Origin: Bacillota bacterium
Lineage (GTDB): Bacteria; Bacillota; DTU025
Reading direction: 5' to 3'
Assembly: GCA_050951805.1 (NCBI GenBank)
Contig: JBMNJT010000004.1
Span: forward strand, 96,001 to 160,000
DNA length: 64,000 nucleotides
This document shows positions 9,885-21,919 of this stretch, piece after piece (within the stretch, counting starts at the first letter, position 1; every line of letters starts with the position of its first letter). The notes beneath the pieces are model-generated. The model made no database searches. It had not been told where the DNA came from and was given only the letters and a program-made list of their open reading frames with translations. Made by a program: the position numbers and the translations under genes.

Positions 9885-10430
9885 GAGAGTTGTGGGCGGC
9901 CTATGCCGCCCATCGTACAGAGGAAATGTCTGATCCCGGAGCTTTGCATCACCGGTATCGCCGTAAGAGCTAGTCGACTACCAGGTCGCGGCCCGCGGCA
10001 AAGCCCATCGCGATCTCGTTGCCATCCGAGATCCCCAGTTTTCGCAGGATGTATAAGGCAACACTGCAGCTGGTTGACGAGTAACTCAAGCCGACTCATT
10101 GTCATGGGAGATGACGGACCGCTGCGCTGCTAATATCTCATCGATGGGCTTGCCGTTGATGGTTGCGAATTTCATTGTTGATTGTGTTCCGGTATTCCTC
10201 TCGGGCATCGAATGCATATATCCCTCATTGAACTAGTAGAGCCCCTTACGGGATATGTGAAGCGGAACCCCGAGCTTGACCATCTGTTCTATATAGGTGT
10301 TCTGCTGTCTTGTTACTTTAGCCCGGCCGGGCGACTCGCGGTCGTGGACAATTGGGAAATCAACAAGGAGTGGAATGCCGCGGCCTGCTGGTGTATGATG
10401 TATAAAACTTGCCAGGAGGTTCTTACGGTT

Positions 10431-12128
10431 ATGACACAAATAAACTCAGTAGCAGCCAGAGTCTTCGGAGTTGTCCTCGCTATCGTGATAATTCCGGTCA
10501 TAGCTGTATCGGGAGCTTCTACGACTTCAGAAGTCGCTCCCGGGACGTCTGCCGTGGCTCCATCCCGAGCCGAGGTGGAGGCCTTTTATTCCTATGATGC
10601 AGGCATCCCCCTTGATGTCAAAGAGATCCCGTTGGGATCTAGTCCCTGGTATCGGGAGTATGAGATCAGCTATGCTAACCTTGGAGACACCGTGTATTCC
10701 AGGTTCATGCTTCCATGGGAGGCGGGGGCGTCTTTCGAAACGATGAACCCGATGCCCTGCCTAGTCGGCCTCCATGGCATGTTCTCTGACTCAGCGTACC
10801 AGTTTTGGACCATTGCGGACTTCTGTGCCAAGCGAAAAGTTGCAGTAATGACCCCCAGCCTTCCATACCACCACAAGCGCACGAAGGGGATGCCTCTCAT
10901 ACCAGGACAGCAGCTGATCGTTGGTTCGCCTGATGCGATCAGAAACAATCTGCGTCGAGCGGTCATAGATGTCCGTCGCGCTGTAGATTGGCTTGCCACG
11001 CGTGACGATATCGACCAGGGCGCTATATCGATTGCAGGCGTCAGTCTGGGCGGAATTGTTGCCTCGTTGGCCTTCAAGGTTGAGCCAAGGTTCGCAAATG
11101 CCGTGCTGGTAGTGGCTGGCTCAGGGGTTAGAGGCATACTTGAGAACGGGGATACGAGTGTCCTCGATGTCTTCCGCGCAGCCACCTGGGCAAACATGGT
11201 AAACCCCGATGATTTCGTCGATGCGCTTCAGATCGTCGATCCCATCAATGTGCCGGATTTCCAGCCCCGCCCGGCGCTTCTAATGAACGGAATTTCCGAT
11301 GCGATCATGGTCCCCGATAACGTGACGGCGCTTCGCCGTTCCATGGCTCGAGCTGAGCAGATATGGACCACGGGCGGGCACTATTTTCCGATGTACCCAG
11401 CGGAATACTTGCTCATGGACTATTTGTCTAGGCAGTATGCGGAATCTCCGTCATTTGCTCAAGGCATTCGTGTGGATGTAGGCTCTGGATTCTGTTTCAC
11501 CGAAAGGGTGTGCGCACCGGAAGTGGGGGCCGACAACTTGTGGGTAGACATCGCAGTTGAGCTTGGCAGTCCCGAGTACGTGGCTGCTCACCGGGTTTCG
11601 GTACCGATGGTTAACAGGTCGGTTCCGGTCATAATCCTGAGCAGGGAGACTTATTTGGCTCTCGAGCCTTTCTTGATGGGACGGCATCTTCCTGCGTTCA
11701 TCTATATCATCAACGGTGATTCTCCACTCCAGCTGTGCGCCGCCGTGGCATATGTACAGGCGTTGGGGCTTGGCGCCGACCCGCAGCTCTATTACGTCTC
11801 CCCTCTGGAGGATTCAGAAAACAACCCGGGCCAGGAAGGATATGCCGTCTGTGCTGCATCTCCCATGGATGTGGGGAGGGTCCGCAATATGTTAGAGTCG
11901 ATCGCACGAGCTCCTGGTTCTAGGACCTCGGGGGGCTTTGAGAAGGCGAATGCCCGAATCCCCCTGACGCTCTTTGGCGAAGCAAAGCGTTTTCAAGGCC
12001 CGACTGCTCGTGAGGACATCGGGTTGTGGTTTGCCAAGACGCTCTCGGTGAGCAAACTCAAGGGCATCCCTTGGTTCCCGAATTATCCCCATGATGACCC
12101 ATGTTGGTCGGCGGGGCCCGACAGATGA
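10431..12128 (+). CDS. Secreted alpha/beta hydrolase with uncharacterised C-terminal domain
   Basis: AGGAGG RBS, signal/TM segment, LHG, GVSLGG elbow, GGHY. Confidence 0.75.
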   Translation: MTQINSVAARVFGVVLAIVIIPVIAVSGASTTSEVAPGTSAVAPSRAEVEAFYSYDAGIPLDVKEIPLGSSPWYREYEISYANLGDTVYSRFMLPWEAGASFETMNPMPCLVGLHGMFSDSAYQFWTIADFCAKRKVAVMTPSLPYHHKRTKGMPLIPGQQLIVGSPDAIRNNLRRAVIDVRRAVDWLATRDDIDQGAISIAGVSLGGIVASLAFKVEPRFANAVLVVAGSGVRGILENGDTSVLDVFRAATWANMVNPDDFVDALQIVDPINVPDFQPRPALLMNGISDAIMVPDNVTALRRSMARAEQIWTTGGHYFPMYPAEYLLMDYLSRQYAESPSFAQGIRVDVGSGFCFTERVCAPEVGADNLWVDIAVELGSPEYVAAHRVSVPMVNRSVPVIILSRETYLALEPFLMGRHLPAFIYIINGDSPLQLCAAVAYVQALGLGADPQLYYVSPLEDSENNPGQEGYAVCAASPMDVGRVRNMLESIARAPGSRTSGGFEKANARIPLTLFGEAKRFQGPTAREDIGLWFAKTLSVSKLKGIPWFPNYPHDDPCWSAGPDR

Positions 12129-13746
12129 CTAAAAACCGGGCGGGAAGGCAGACAGTGTGCCAGCTCTCTCGCCACTGCAGGTCTTGCTGTGCTCATGGCC
12201 AATAGCGCGGTTGATCGCGGAGGTCTTCATTAACTGTCTGCCGCAGCTGATGAAGACCTGACTAGATACTCATGGGGCTGTCTGCGGGGAGTATGCAATT
12301 GTGCGAATCAGCGAAGCGCGGAAGAGACCGCCACTGCGCGCTTAGCCATTTCCGCATGGAACGGAACTCGTCTCTCAAGATAGTTTGCACAGCTAATGCC
12401 ACAGGCCCTGCGGGAGTCTTTGGGTTGTTCGAACGTCCGTGTTCCGATTCCCGCGGAAGATTCCCGGCAGAGGTGATTCTGGTTCGTTATAGGCGAGGGC
12501 TTTGGGTTCATGCACTAGTCGATGTGGGAAGAGCTGAAGCAGGCAATTGTATGAAGCCCTTGGAAGGACTCGTGGGTTATCGGTTATTCTCGATCCGTGG
12601 GGACTCGCATCACTCAAAGTTCTATCCTACACACATTCCACCCCAAGGTATCAGCGCGAACTTCACATACTCAGTCTCTATTACGCTGTTTTCGCCGAAT
12701 AGCGTGATGACTATCTCTAAGAATCGAAAGGAGCTAGAAACAAGAGCCCATCGCATATTCCCGCGATCTTCACACTGCAAGCCTTCTTGCAGCATTGGCC
12801 GCACTTGAATTCTACGGGCCAAGGCCATCCGCCATTGAGCCGTCAAAGTCCCGATCGAATGGCGCCGCAGCGATTCCTTGGGTGTCTTGTTTGCATGATA
12901 CTCGACTATCACCACGGTATACACTGACGGAAGGGCAGGTTACCCCGGAAGTCATGGCTGATGCGGGGCTCTTCCTGTATGGTGCAGGTTCATGTTTCGA
13001 GTGCGCCCGACCTGTCCCTTGGTTCTTCTTGTCGCTCCCTGCTGGCCATGTATCTCGTCACGTAATTTGGTTTGCATGATATGTCTGACGAAGAGAAGCC
13101 CATGCACGCCATGATTGCCTGGCAAGGGCTGGCGCTCTGCCCTCAAGGCTGTTCGATACAGCCCTGCGACTGCTGGCTACACTATTCCGGAAAACCCATA
13201 TCCTCCCTTCATGTCGAGCCCGGCGATTCTCGTGTGTTCGTTTCGATGAGAGGGCCTTCGAACCTCCTGCCTAGGCGATGCTTTTCCTTGCTGTGTGCTT
13301 CGCTCAGAGGTACTAGCTGGTTTTCCGGCCCCTATTACCCACAAGGTTGAGAGGCGAGGTGCGATTGGTACCAGTCGACACCCTCCTTCGTTTATATACA
13401 TTTTCAAGAATCATCCCGTGTGATAGATCGCTGATGTTATATAAGAGCCAAGCAAGACCGCGCATTTCCGATAGTGGGCGACCGACAAGAAACGAATGAC
13501 CTTGCATATCTCGGTACCTCGAGTGAAGATGGAGAAATATCGCGTAAAAGACAGGCTGTGCGAATCGCCAGATACAAACCATGTTTCGGAATGCACGTAT
13601 CGGAATGCCTCGTTTGCGAATCCATAGGATTCGACAAGCTGTCAATGGGATTTGCTATAGACTGCGATTGTCTCATCATGAAATGGCACAATTCAGCGTT
13701 TTCTAAAGAGAAGCTATGTTTCAGTGTAAGAAGGAGGTTAAGTATC

Positions 13747-14238
13747 TTGACTAGCAGATTAGCAGTAGGTTTGGGGATTTTTCTCACAATTATGATAGTA
13801 TCAGCGGCTGTCTGCGGCGCGGTTCCACAGTCTGTGACTCACAATATCACAATATGTGTTCCAGCCGTGGACGTTGTTCGGCTGAGTTGCCCCGGCGTTC
13901 ACGCTACTTTGCAGGCACGCAATGATAATACAGGATTTGTTCAGCATGTGCTGGAGGCGGGCGACCTCAGGTGGATAACAAACGATTCTCCAAGGGAGGT
14001 AACGGTGAATGCGCAATGCATTCCAAATGGTCTCACACTTGAGGTGCTCAAATCGCTCAGCCCTGCCAATAAGTGGCTGGAGCTTGGTGCGTCCCATGTG
14101 CTTCTGATAGATGATGCATCATGCCATCCAGGCACGAGCCTGCCCAGGGAATTCTCAATCTTCTATAGGATCCTGGCTACGTTGGAGGTCCGTCCTGATA
14201 CCTACGAGATTGTTGTCATTTATACGTTGACAGTTTAG
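13747..14238 (+). CDS. Secreted pilin-like subunit
   Basis: AAGGAGG + TTG start, signal peptide, C-terminal PDTYEIVVIYTLTV; resembles the next ORF. Confidence 0.6.
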   Translation: MTSRLAVGLGIFLTIMIVSAAVCGAVPQSVTHNITICVPAVDVVRLSCPGVHATLQARNDNTGFVQHVLEAGDLRWITNDSPREVTVNAQCIPNGLTLEVLKSLSPANKWLELGASHVLLIDDASCHPGTSLPREFSIFYRILATLEVRPDTYEIVVIYTLTV

Positions 14239-14381
14239 GCACACTTGACAATCCCACGGCAACGAGGGCGTGAGCCAGCCCGGTTACATACTGGCTAGAG
14301 GCTTAGGAGATTGAAGTGAGCGGGGTGGCCAACTGCGAACTTCAAATTGAGAATAGTCAAGAATGGGAGGTCTTTTGTCAA

Positions 14382-14861
14382 ATGTCCAGACGGAAAGTAA
14401 TGTGGTCGGTCCTTCTCTTGGTGCTTCTGGGGTTCTCGGCGATTTCGTTCGCGGCGGATAGCGCCTCGCACACCGTTACGATCGTGGTTCCGGAAATCGA
14501 CAAGATCTGGGCGGACGCTGGCGGGACGCTACAGCTTGACTGGCTGCCAATTGAAGAGGTCGACGACAACATGGTTGCGTACCCCCATACGCTCCTTCAG
14601 GTTTGTCTGATGTACGTCACCAATGCCTCTAATAGGAAGATAACGGCTCAGGCAAGTATACCGTTTGCTGGCTTGAGCCTGAGCGTGAAGGGACCAGGAA
14701 TGGGTTATTGCGAGGAGCTCGGCGCTGGTTCCGTAACTGTAGTAGATTCCTGCATACCTGGGTCAGTGCAGACAGTGACGCTCACCTATGATGGCAAGGC
14801 GGACATTACTGTCCCGGCAGGCGATCACGACGTCACCGTGACCTATACAATTACTGACTAA
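14382..14861 (+). CDS. Secreted pilin-like subunit (possibly the major one)
   Basis: Signal peptide ..SFAA, HTVTIVVPEI N-strand, C-terminal PAGDHDVTVTYTITD; stem-loop follows at ~14890-14929. Confidence 0.65.
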   Translation: MSRRKVMWSVLLLVLLGFSAISFAADSASHTVTIVVPEIDKIWADAGGTLQLDWLPIEEVDDNMVAYPHTLLQVCLMYVTNASNRKITAQASIPFAGLSLSVKGPGMGYCEELGAGSVTVVDSCIPGSVQTVTLTYDGKADITVPAGDHDVTVTYTITD

Positions 14862-15005
14862 CAGGCTAGATCACTTGGCTTTAAGATGTATGGGAGAGGC
14901 TGGGGGGTTCTTCCTCGGCCTTTCCCATCGGCAGCCCTGTGCGGGTACTGGCTGAAGAGGGAGGATGTCTCTGTGCACGGTTGAAGCGAAGGGAGCGATG
15001 TTGTC

Positions 15006-15866
15006 ATGATATATCCAAATCGCAGATGTGTTGCAGGTGCCACTACTTTGGCTCTGGCTGTTCTGCTTTGTGTGATGATGCCACCTAGCGCCCATGCCTC
15101 GGTAAACGTGCTGAGTGGCCTCACTCAAATGCATGAGGTTGCTCTAGGCGGGGAGTATAGCGGGGTCATAGTACTGGAAAATCTGGGCGATGTGGTCGAG
15201 AGGGTGGAGCTTTATCAAACAGATTACCGGTTTACTGCAGAAGGCTACACATATTATGAAGAGCCTGGCACTGTTCGACGCTCCAATGCAGCTTGGATTC
15301 GCCTGGGACAGTCTGTTGTAGAGATTCCGCCCAAATGCAGAATTAGCATCCCCTACAGAATCCTGATACCCAACGACACCGGACTCGTCGGCACTTACTG
15401 GAGTATGGTGATGGCAGAGATGCTGGGCAGTGTAGACGAGGTCGACATTGACGAGCCTTACAAGAAGGACGAGAATGCGATTGTCCTAGGAGTGAAACAG
15501 AAGTTTAGATACGGCATCCAGATAGTAACCAATATCGGCGTTACGGGCAAGAAAAAAGTAGTCTTCAGCAACCCGGCACTCAGACGCATCGAATCTTCCG
15601 GCGCCCTTACATTGAGCGTAGACCTGGCCAACGCTGGCGAACGGTTGGTCAACCCGTCTGTATGGGTTGAGGTATACGACAAGACCGGAACGAAGATAGG
15701 ACGGCTTGAGGGCAAGAATGCCAAGATATACCCTGACACGTCCGTTCGGGCAACGGTCGAGCTCGGCGCGCTCGAGCCCGGAAGCTACAGGGTGATTATA
15801 GTGGCCGACAACCATGACGAGTACGTGGCGGCTGTTCGGTACAGCCTGGAGGTGCCGGTACCTTGA
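15006..15866 (+). CDS. Pilus-assembly chaperone-like protein (PapD/DUF916-like, two Ig folds)
   Basis: Signal peptide, YQTDY..RSNAAWI..GTYWSMVMAE..RYGIQIVTN pattern. Confidence 0.65.
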   Translation: MIYPNRRCVAGATTLALAVLLCVMMPPSAHASVNVLSGLTQMHEVALGGEYSGVIVLENLGDVVERVELYQTDYRFTAEGYTYYEEPGTVRRSNAAWIRLGQSVVEIPPKCRISIPYRILIPNDTGLVGTYWSMVMAEMLGSVDEVDIDEPYKKDENAIVLGVKQKFRYGIQIVTNIGVTGKKKVVFSNPALRRIESSGALTLSVDLANAGERLVNPSVWVEVYDKTGTKIGRLEGKNAKIYPDTSVRATVELGALEPGSYRVIIVADNHDEYVAAVRYSLEVPVP

Positions 15867-15872
15867 CTCGGT

Positions 15873-18539
15873 GTGAGGAGAGCCAGCCTACTTCCGATGA
15901 TTGCTGTTGCACTCTCCGCCGTCTGCGCTTTTGGGGCATTCGCTGAAGAGTCGGAGCGCGTTGTCGATTCATCCTGTCAACAGATTGATTCAGGCAGATC
16001 CGGGCAGTGTTGTTACCATTGTGGTGGCGATTGAGAACCACAGTGCGGAGGCGGTAGATGTTGACCTCGGTTCGGAACTGCCTCAGTCGTGGTTTGCGTT
16101 CTTCGGAGACGAAACGGTCAGGCTGGCGCCGGGCGAAACCGAAATTCTGCCCATAGCGGCAATGATTCCCAAGAATGCGCCTGGCCGGAAGCTACGAAGT
16201 CCTCGTCCATGCGAGGTACACATGTCCGCGCATGAACGATCGTCAATCCTCAGAAATCCGGTTCACTGTGTTGGTAAACGAAGTCAGGAGTATCAGAGTT
16301 ACACTTGTCAATGCGCCGGATTACGTTGTGGACACTGCTTACACAGCATCATTTCTCCTGAGCAACCATGGCAATGTCGTGGAGGACTTGAAGCTCTCGA
16401 CCTGCGATATTCAGGGGGCGTACATCAAACTCGACCCTGCCTGGGTCAGCTTGGAGCCGGGCGGGAGCACTCCGATAGATGTGCATGTAATCTTGACTGC
16501 CGCTCCTGGAAGGGTCCTCGATCATACAGTACTTGTCAAAGCGGGAAACCGGGATTTGCTGTCGAACTGGGCGTCGGCCAGCGCTCGGGTGAAGGTGCTT
16601 CCGCAGAAGCTGAGCGATTCCGATGCCTACCACCATTTCCCCCTCAAGATCCAGCTGAGCGCAGGTGTGCTTGGGACATCTAATCGGGCGCAGCTCAAAG
16701 TGGCCGGGGCAGGCCCGCTTGCTCACGGGGGCAATGACAGACTACGCTTTGATCTATCAGATACGGGAGGGGTTGTCGAATACAGTGCTCCTGGAATGCG
16801 TCTGATATTAGGTGACGGCAGGTTCGGCCTGTCCCCGCTGACCGAATGGCAGGCCAAGGCGCGAGGCATAGGCGTGCAAATCAGTCAGGAAAGGGCGGGA
16901 CTCGAGCTCTATACTCACGATGGCGCTGGCTCTCCTAGGGTGGGGCTTAGGGCTGCCGCGACTTCTAGCAACGGGTCTTCGCTTTCCCTTCAGCTTTTGA
17001 CACAAGTAGAGCCCGCGACGAACATTCTCACAGTAAAAGGTGTGCACAGGATACCTGGCGTCGAAATCGATTGTGAGTATGGAATGCTGGCTAATGGGTC
17101 GAGTTCTGGCGCACAAGCGCTGCGTGCAAGCGGCAGGTCAAAACTTGGCCCGGTTGAGGCAGTTGTGACCGTTCAGAATGCGGATCGTGGCTACACCGCA
17201 ATAGACAATCCCGGGATTGACATGTCGTTGAAACTCAAAAGTCTCTCAAAGCTGCCCGTATCAGGCACCCTTCTGCTGCAAAAGCATGATGATGGGGAAT
17301 TGCATAGCCGCAAATTGGAAGCTAATGCCGTATGGAAGTTGGATTCGACTGAACTAGGATTGAAATACTCCGATACGGCGAAATGGGACGACGGTTCGGA
17401 TGATCTCGGCAGGTCTAGACAGGCCTCAGTCTCTCTCAACGTCTTCGATAGCAGCAATGCCTCTCTCAAGGAGGAGATTTCTGTGCAGAACTGCTCCGGC
17501 ATGTTGGGAAACCCCGGAAGTTGGACCGTGGCATATGCTCTCAAGAAGCAGTTGACTGAAAGCAGGTGGAAGTGGACCTCCTGCCTGAGTGCGAGTATGC
17601 CGTTGAGCCAAGGCGCTTCGGTACAGTGTTGGCTTGGGTGCAGACGCTTCATATCAAGTTGTGCCCGGGCTGGAGATGAGGGGCGGTTTTCGCGCAGGCA
17701 CAATGGGGCAGAGCGGCTTGACTGTGTCTGCAGGAGCGACGTACAAGCCATCTGATTGGGCGGCCCTATCGATCGATGCATCCTGCAAGATAGTGGACGG
17801 CGGGGTGCGTGACTTGGGAGTGAAGGTTGGCCAGACAGCCTTCTTCGATATTCCCCTAGCCCGCCGCTCAGACGTGGGGGAGATATCGGGAAAGGTTGTG
17901 GGCGTGGACGGTAAGGGTATGCCGGGTATCATAGTGAACGCGGGAGGGTTTTCGACCGTAACGGATTCATCCGGCACTTTCAGATTCCCTGCAGTGGTCG
18001 AAGGCGAGCAGTATGTATCGGTTAGCGTGCGTGAACTGGGCCCCGAGTATCTAGTGATGCCCTCGTCCGCCGTCAGTGTGAAGGTGGAACGGAACACCGA
18101 ATCCACAGTGCAATTGACTGTTGCCAGGTCGGGAAGGATCGAAGGTATTGTCAGATTCTCTTCTGACGAGGGAAGCCGTGCAGTGCCTGATGAAATGATA
18201 TGGCGTATTGCAGATGGTATATCGACTCAAAGTGCGCCCAAGCTGCTGTCAGGGCTGCTGGTGGAAGTATCCGGAGCTAGGCGGTACGTGGTTCCGCTTG
18301 ATTTCGAGGGCCGGTTTGCTATCGACCATCTCCCCCCAGGGGACTACAGGGTAACTATAGATCGGAGCTCTGTGCCTTCCCTTTACGAGCTGACTCCGTC
18401 AGCGATGAACATAACATTGGGCGAAGGTGAAAAGGCATCGGCTGAATTTGCTATCTACCAGGTACTTCGGGAATATGATTTCACTGAAGGTGGTGAGATT
18501 GGACACGAGCTAATAGTAGAGGGACAGCAAGAAAGGTAG
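15873..18539 (+). pseudogene. Large usher-like secreted/outer-membrane protein with about 3 frameshifts
   Basis: Signal peptide frame from GTG 15873 (MRRASLLPMIAVALSAVCAFGAFA) shifts at ~15958, ~16180 and ~17630; Ig-like N-terminus, beta-strand-rich middle, carboxypeptidase-regulatory-like C-terminus. Confidence 0.6.
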
Positions 18540-18878
18540 TTCAGGGAAATTGCGCGGGAGTTGAGGTGATCAGGCGACGCAGCGGTATCTGCTAATAGGG
18601 GTAAACCGCGTTCTGCATGTGGTATGTCTGCGAAGAAGGCCTTTCATCAAAATGGGACGTGCCATACCTATCCTCCATATGAGCAACGCCGACAAGGCGT
18701 TAGCCTCTCCAGATCACGGTGTTCAGCTCGAGGGCTGTACCGGGTTTTGCCTAAGAAATAGCCTTGTTCCCATGCTACACCCGGGGTATGATAAGAATTG
18801 GAATGAAATGATGTAGTTCGCTTGAATGGCTCCCTCGTTTTTGAAGAGCCGAGCTGTCTGATGAGGAGGAACACCATT

Positions 18879-20516
18879 ATGTCTGTAACAGAACTTCCGG
18901 CGTGGCGGGCTTTGGCTGAGCACCGTCTGGAGATGGAGAACATCCATATGCGCCAGCTGTTCGCATCCGACCCGGAAAGATTCGAGCGGTTTTCGATCGG
19001 GCTTGGGGATCTGCTCTTCGACTACTCCAAGAACCGCATTACAGACGAGACCATGTCTTTGCTATTCAACCTTGCCGAACAGGCCCGCCTTGCAGAGGCA
19101 ATAGAGGCGATGTTCAACGGCGAGCGGATAAACACGACAGAGAATCGCCCAGCGCTTCACGTGGCCTTGCGGAATCGATCCAATCGGCCCATCCTGGTGG
19201 ACGGCACGGACGTTATGCCTGAGGTAAATGCGGTGCTTTCTCAGATGCGCCGCTTTTCTGAGGCGGTGCGCAGCGGCGACTGGAAGGGCTACACCGGAAA
19301 GGCCATCACCGATGTTGTCAATATCGGGATTGGAGGATCAGATCTGGGTCCTCGCATGGTTGTGCACGCGCTAAAGCCCTACGGCCATGACCGCTTGCAC
19401 GTCCACTTTGTGTCGAATGTAGATCCCACGGACATTTCAGAAACCCTATCCGACCTTGCCCCAGAGACGACGCTCTTCCTCATCGCTTCGAAGACTTTCA
19501 CTACGCAAGAGACCATGATGAACGCCAATACGGCTCGAAATTGGCTTTTGCGCCATGCCGGAGAAGATGCAGCTGTAGCCAAGCACTTCGTGGCGATCTC
19601 CACCAATCGCGACGCGGTTGAAGCGTTCGGGATCGATCATCGCAACATGTTCGTCTTCTGGGATTGGGTTGGCGGCCGCTACTCGCTCTGGTCGGCCATT
19701 GGACTTTCGATAGCTCTCTATGTGGGCATGGACGATTTCGAATCTCTGCTCGCAGGCGCGCACAAAGTAGACGAGCACTTTCGCACTGCGCCCTTGGACC
19801 GGAACATCCCGGCTATAATGGGGTTGCTCGGCATATGGTACAACAACTTCTGGGGTGCCGAGACCTGCGCTGTTCTCCCTTACGATCAGTACTTGGCTTA
19901 TTTCCCCGATTACCTGCAGCAAGCGGACATGGAAAGCAACGGCAAGAGCGTGACCAGGACGGGGGGGCCGGTGGACTATCAGACTGGGCCAGTACTTTGG
20001 GGACAACCAGGAACCAACGGGCAACACGCTTTCTATCAGCTCATTCACCAGGGCACGAAGCTGGTCCCGTGCGATTTTCTGGCTGCAGCTCAGAGCCATA
20101 ATCCCATTGGCGACCATCATGAAGTGCTTGTAGCCAACTTCCTGGCGCAGACAGAGGCGCTCATGAAGGGCCGAACTTCCGACGAGACCCGGGCGGAGCT
20201 TGCGGCTCAAGGCTGCACTGGTCAAGAGCTGGAGTTGCTGACCGCTGCGAAGACCTTTGAAGGAAACAAGCCTACGAACACGTTCCTTTACAAGAAGCTT
20301 ACTCCTGAAACCCTTGGCATGTTGATCGCTCTGTACGAGCACAAGATATTCACTCAGGGCGTTATTTGGAATGTGAACAGTTATGACCAGATGGGGGTCG
20401 AGCTAGGGAAGGAACTCGCCAGCAAGATTTTGCCCGAGCTGAAGGACGTCAGGCCCGCAGTCGGTCATGACAGCAGCACTGTCGGGCTAATCAATGCGTT
20501 CAAAAGCATGAGATAG
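18879..20516 (+). CDS. pgi: Glucose-6-phosphate isomerase
   Basis: [49 protein letters not shown]; GAGGAGG RBS. Confidence 0.97.
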   Translation: MSVTELPAWRALAEHRLEMENIHMRQLFASDPERFERFSIGLGDLLFDYSKNRITDETMSLLFNLAEQARLAEAIEAMFNGERINTTENRPALHVALRNRSNRPILVDGTDVMPEVNAVLSQMRRFSEAVRSGDWKGYTGKAITDVVNIGIGGSDLGPRMVVHALKPYGHDRLHVHFVSNVDPTDISETLSDLAPETTLFLIASKTFTTQETMMNANTARNWLLRHAGEDAAVAKHFVAISTNRDAVEAFGIDHRNMFVFWDWVGGRYSLWSAIGLSIALYVGMDDFESLLAGAHKVDEHFRTAPLDRNIPAIMGLLGIWYNNFWGAETCAVLPYDQYLAYFPDYLQQADMESNGKSVTRTGGPVDYQTGPVLWGQPGTNGQHAFYQLIHQGTKLVPCDFLAAAQSHNPIGDHHEVLVANFLAQTEALMKGRTSDETRAELAAQGCTGQELELLTAAKTFEGNKPTNTFLYKKLTPETLGMLIALYEHKIFTQGVIWNVNSYDQMGVELGKELASKILPELKDVRPAVGHDSSTVGLINAFKSMR

Positions 20517-20698
20517 CCGATGATGTCATCCGTTTGGCAGCCGGAGAGTTCGTAGTTCGGCGGTCAAAATGTGCATAGCTAACTATGCCTGGGGCCAGTG
20601 GTTGCTCTCCATTCTTAGCTATATATGCATGCAAGTCTGTGCGAGTTGGCGGCGAAGCATCCTTGAAAAGAAAAGCCGAGAAGAACGGAGGCGTGCCG

Positions 20699-21919
20699 GT
20701 GAAGTTCATGTCGAACATTATGGCCTTCATAAAGAGGTCGGAATCGAATGTGATAGCAATCAGGCCCAATGAGTACCTGTTTCTTTGTGATGAGAATGGA
20801 CACGATATGGCTGCTCTGATCGCGTATTCGCCTGAAATGAAGATGGACATGCTAAGCGAGTTCAAACAAGACGCAAGTGCCCAGTATGCGTCCGGTTACA
20901 GCGCAGTGACTGGAGCGATAGTCGACAAGCTTGGCGCGGTGGGACCGGTCATGATGAGCGGGGCGAGAGCCGGCGAATTGATGCAGATTGTTGCGCCCCC
21001 CGAGATTGTGAAGGCTTTGGCGGATGGATCGGTGAAGCTGATGCAGACGCCGACTGGGGCTACAAGCAGCGTGGTAGCTGAGGGATCCTCGAGAATAGTG
21101 GGCCAGGTTAGGTTAGCGCCGGCAAATGTTGCGCCAATAGTTGCTCCTGTTGTTCTCTATCAAATTCTAAATGCCATTGCAGGTGCGCATCAACTGAGCA
21201 AGATCAACGCTCGTTTAGACAGCCTTCAAAGGGCTATAGATTCCGTAATCTTCCGTCAACAGGCGAACTCATATGCCCGACTCTATGCCGCCATCGATGC
21301 GTTGCAAGAACTGGATAGAGAGTATTGCGCTATCGGAATGTTTACGGATGACATGCGCTGGAGGCTTTCTATAGCTACGAATGATATTCAGGCTGTAAAC
21401 TATGAAAGCAGCTTTATCATTGGCCGCTTTAAGCGCATGAGCGAAGATCTGATAAGATCATCCCATAAAAGGCAGGGTGCGATACAGGCGAATACAATGC
21501 TGAACGAAGAGTCGAATGTGTACATGTTGGATGCGGCCATATACGTGACTGCGGTCAAGGCGGGGCTCATGGCTGAGCAGATGTGGATAAGGCACGATCT
21601 TCAGTTTGTCCCTGAATATGTTGGGTATAGGCTTGCCGACTTGAATTGCGAGATTGAAGAGCTGAAAGAGACTGTTCCGCCAATGCGTTATATCGAGGAG
21701 CTTCAGGATCACGCGGATAGCTGTTTGCGGGAAATGCGGTCGTTACAAAGATGGACCAGCCCGCGGCTGAGTAAGGAGATACGAAGCCGCTCTGAGCAAT
21801 TTGCGTCAATGCAGGAAGATGATTCTCGGCAATATACTGCTCAATCGTTGTTCATATGGGAAGACGATAAGGGCGAAATCAAAGCCTTATCCGGAGTGGA
21901 GGCGATCGATACAAAATAG
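20699..21919 (+). CDS. Hypothetical helical protein
   Basis: About 406-codon ORF with GGAGG RBS; no family recognised. Confidence 0.7.
   Translation: MKFMSNIMAFIKRSESNVIAIRPNEYLFLCDENGHDMAALIAYSPEMKMDMLSEFKQDASAQYASGYSAVTGAIVDKLGAVGPVMMSGARAGELMQIVAPPEIVKALADGSVKLMQTPTGATSSVVAEGSSRIVGQVRLAPANVAPIVAPVVLYQILNAIAGAHQLSKINARLDSLQRAIDSVIFRQQANSYARLYAAIDALQELDREYCAIGMFTDDMRWRLSIATNDIQAVNYESSFIIGRFKRMSEDLIRSSHKRQGAIQANTMLNEESNVYMLDAAIYVTAVKAGLMAEQMWIRHDLQFVPEYVGYRLADLNCEIEELKETVPPMRYIEELQDHADSCLREMRSLQRWTSPRLSKEIRSRSEQFASMQEDDSRQYTAQSLFIWEDDKGEIKALSGVEAIDTK

Noticed and set aside
12130-13400. Long intergenic stretch with a GGGAAG/GCCACTG pair, a GTGCGCCCGA intron-like start and short ORFs
   Set aside because: The cobalamin-riboswitch elements are in the wrong order, no intron body follows, and the ORFs lack RBS or homology; only a hairpin at ~12221-12259 is evident.
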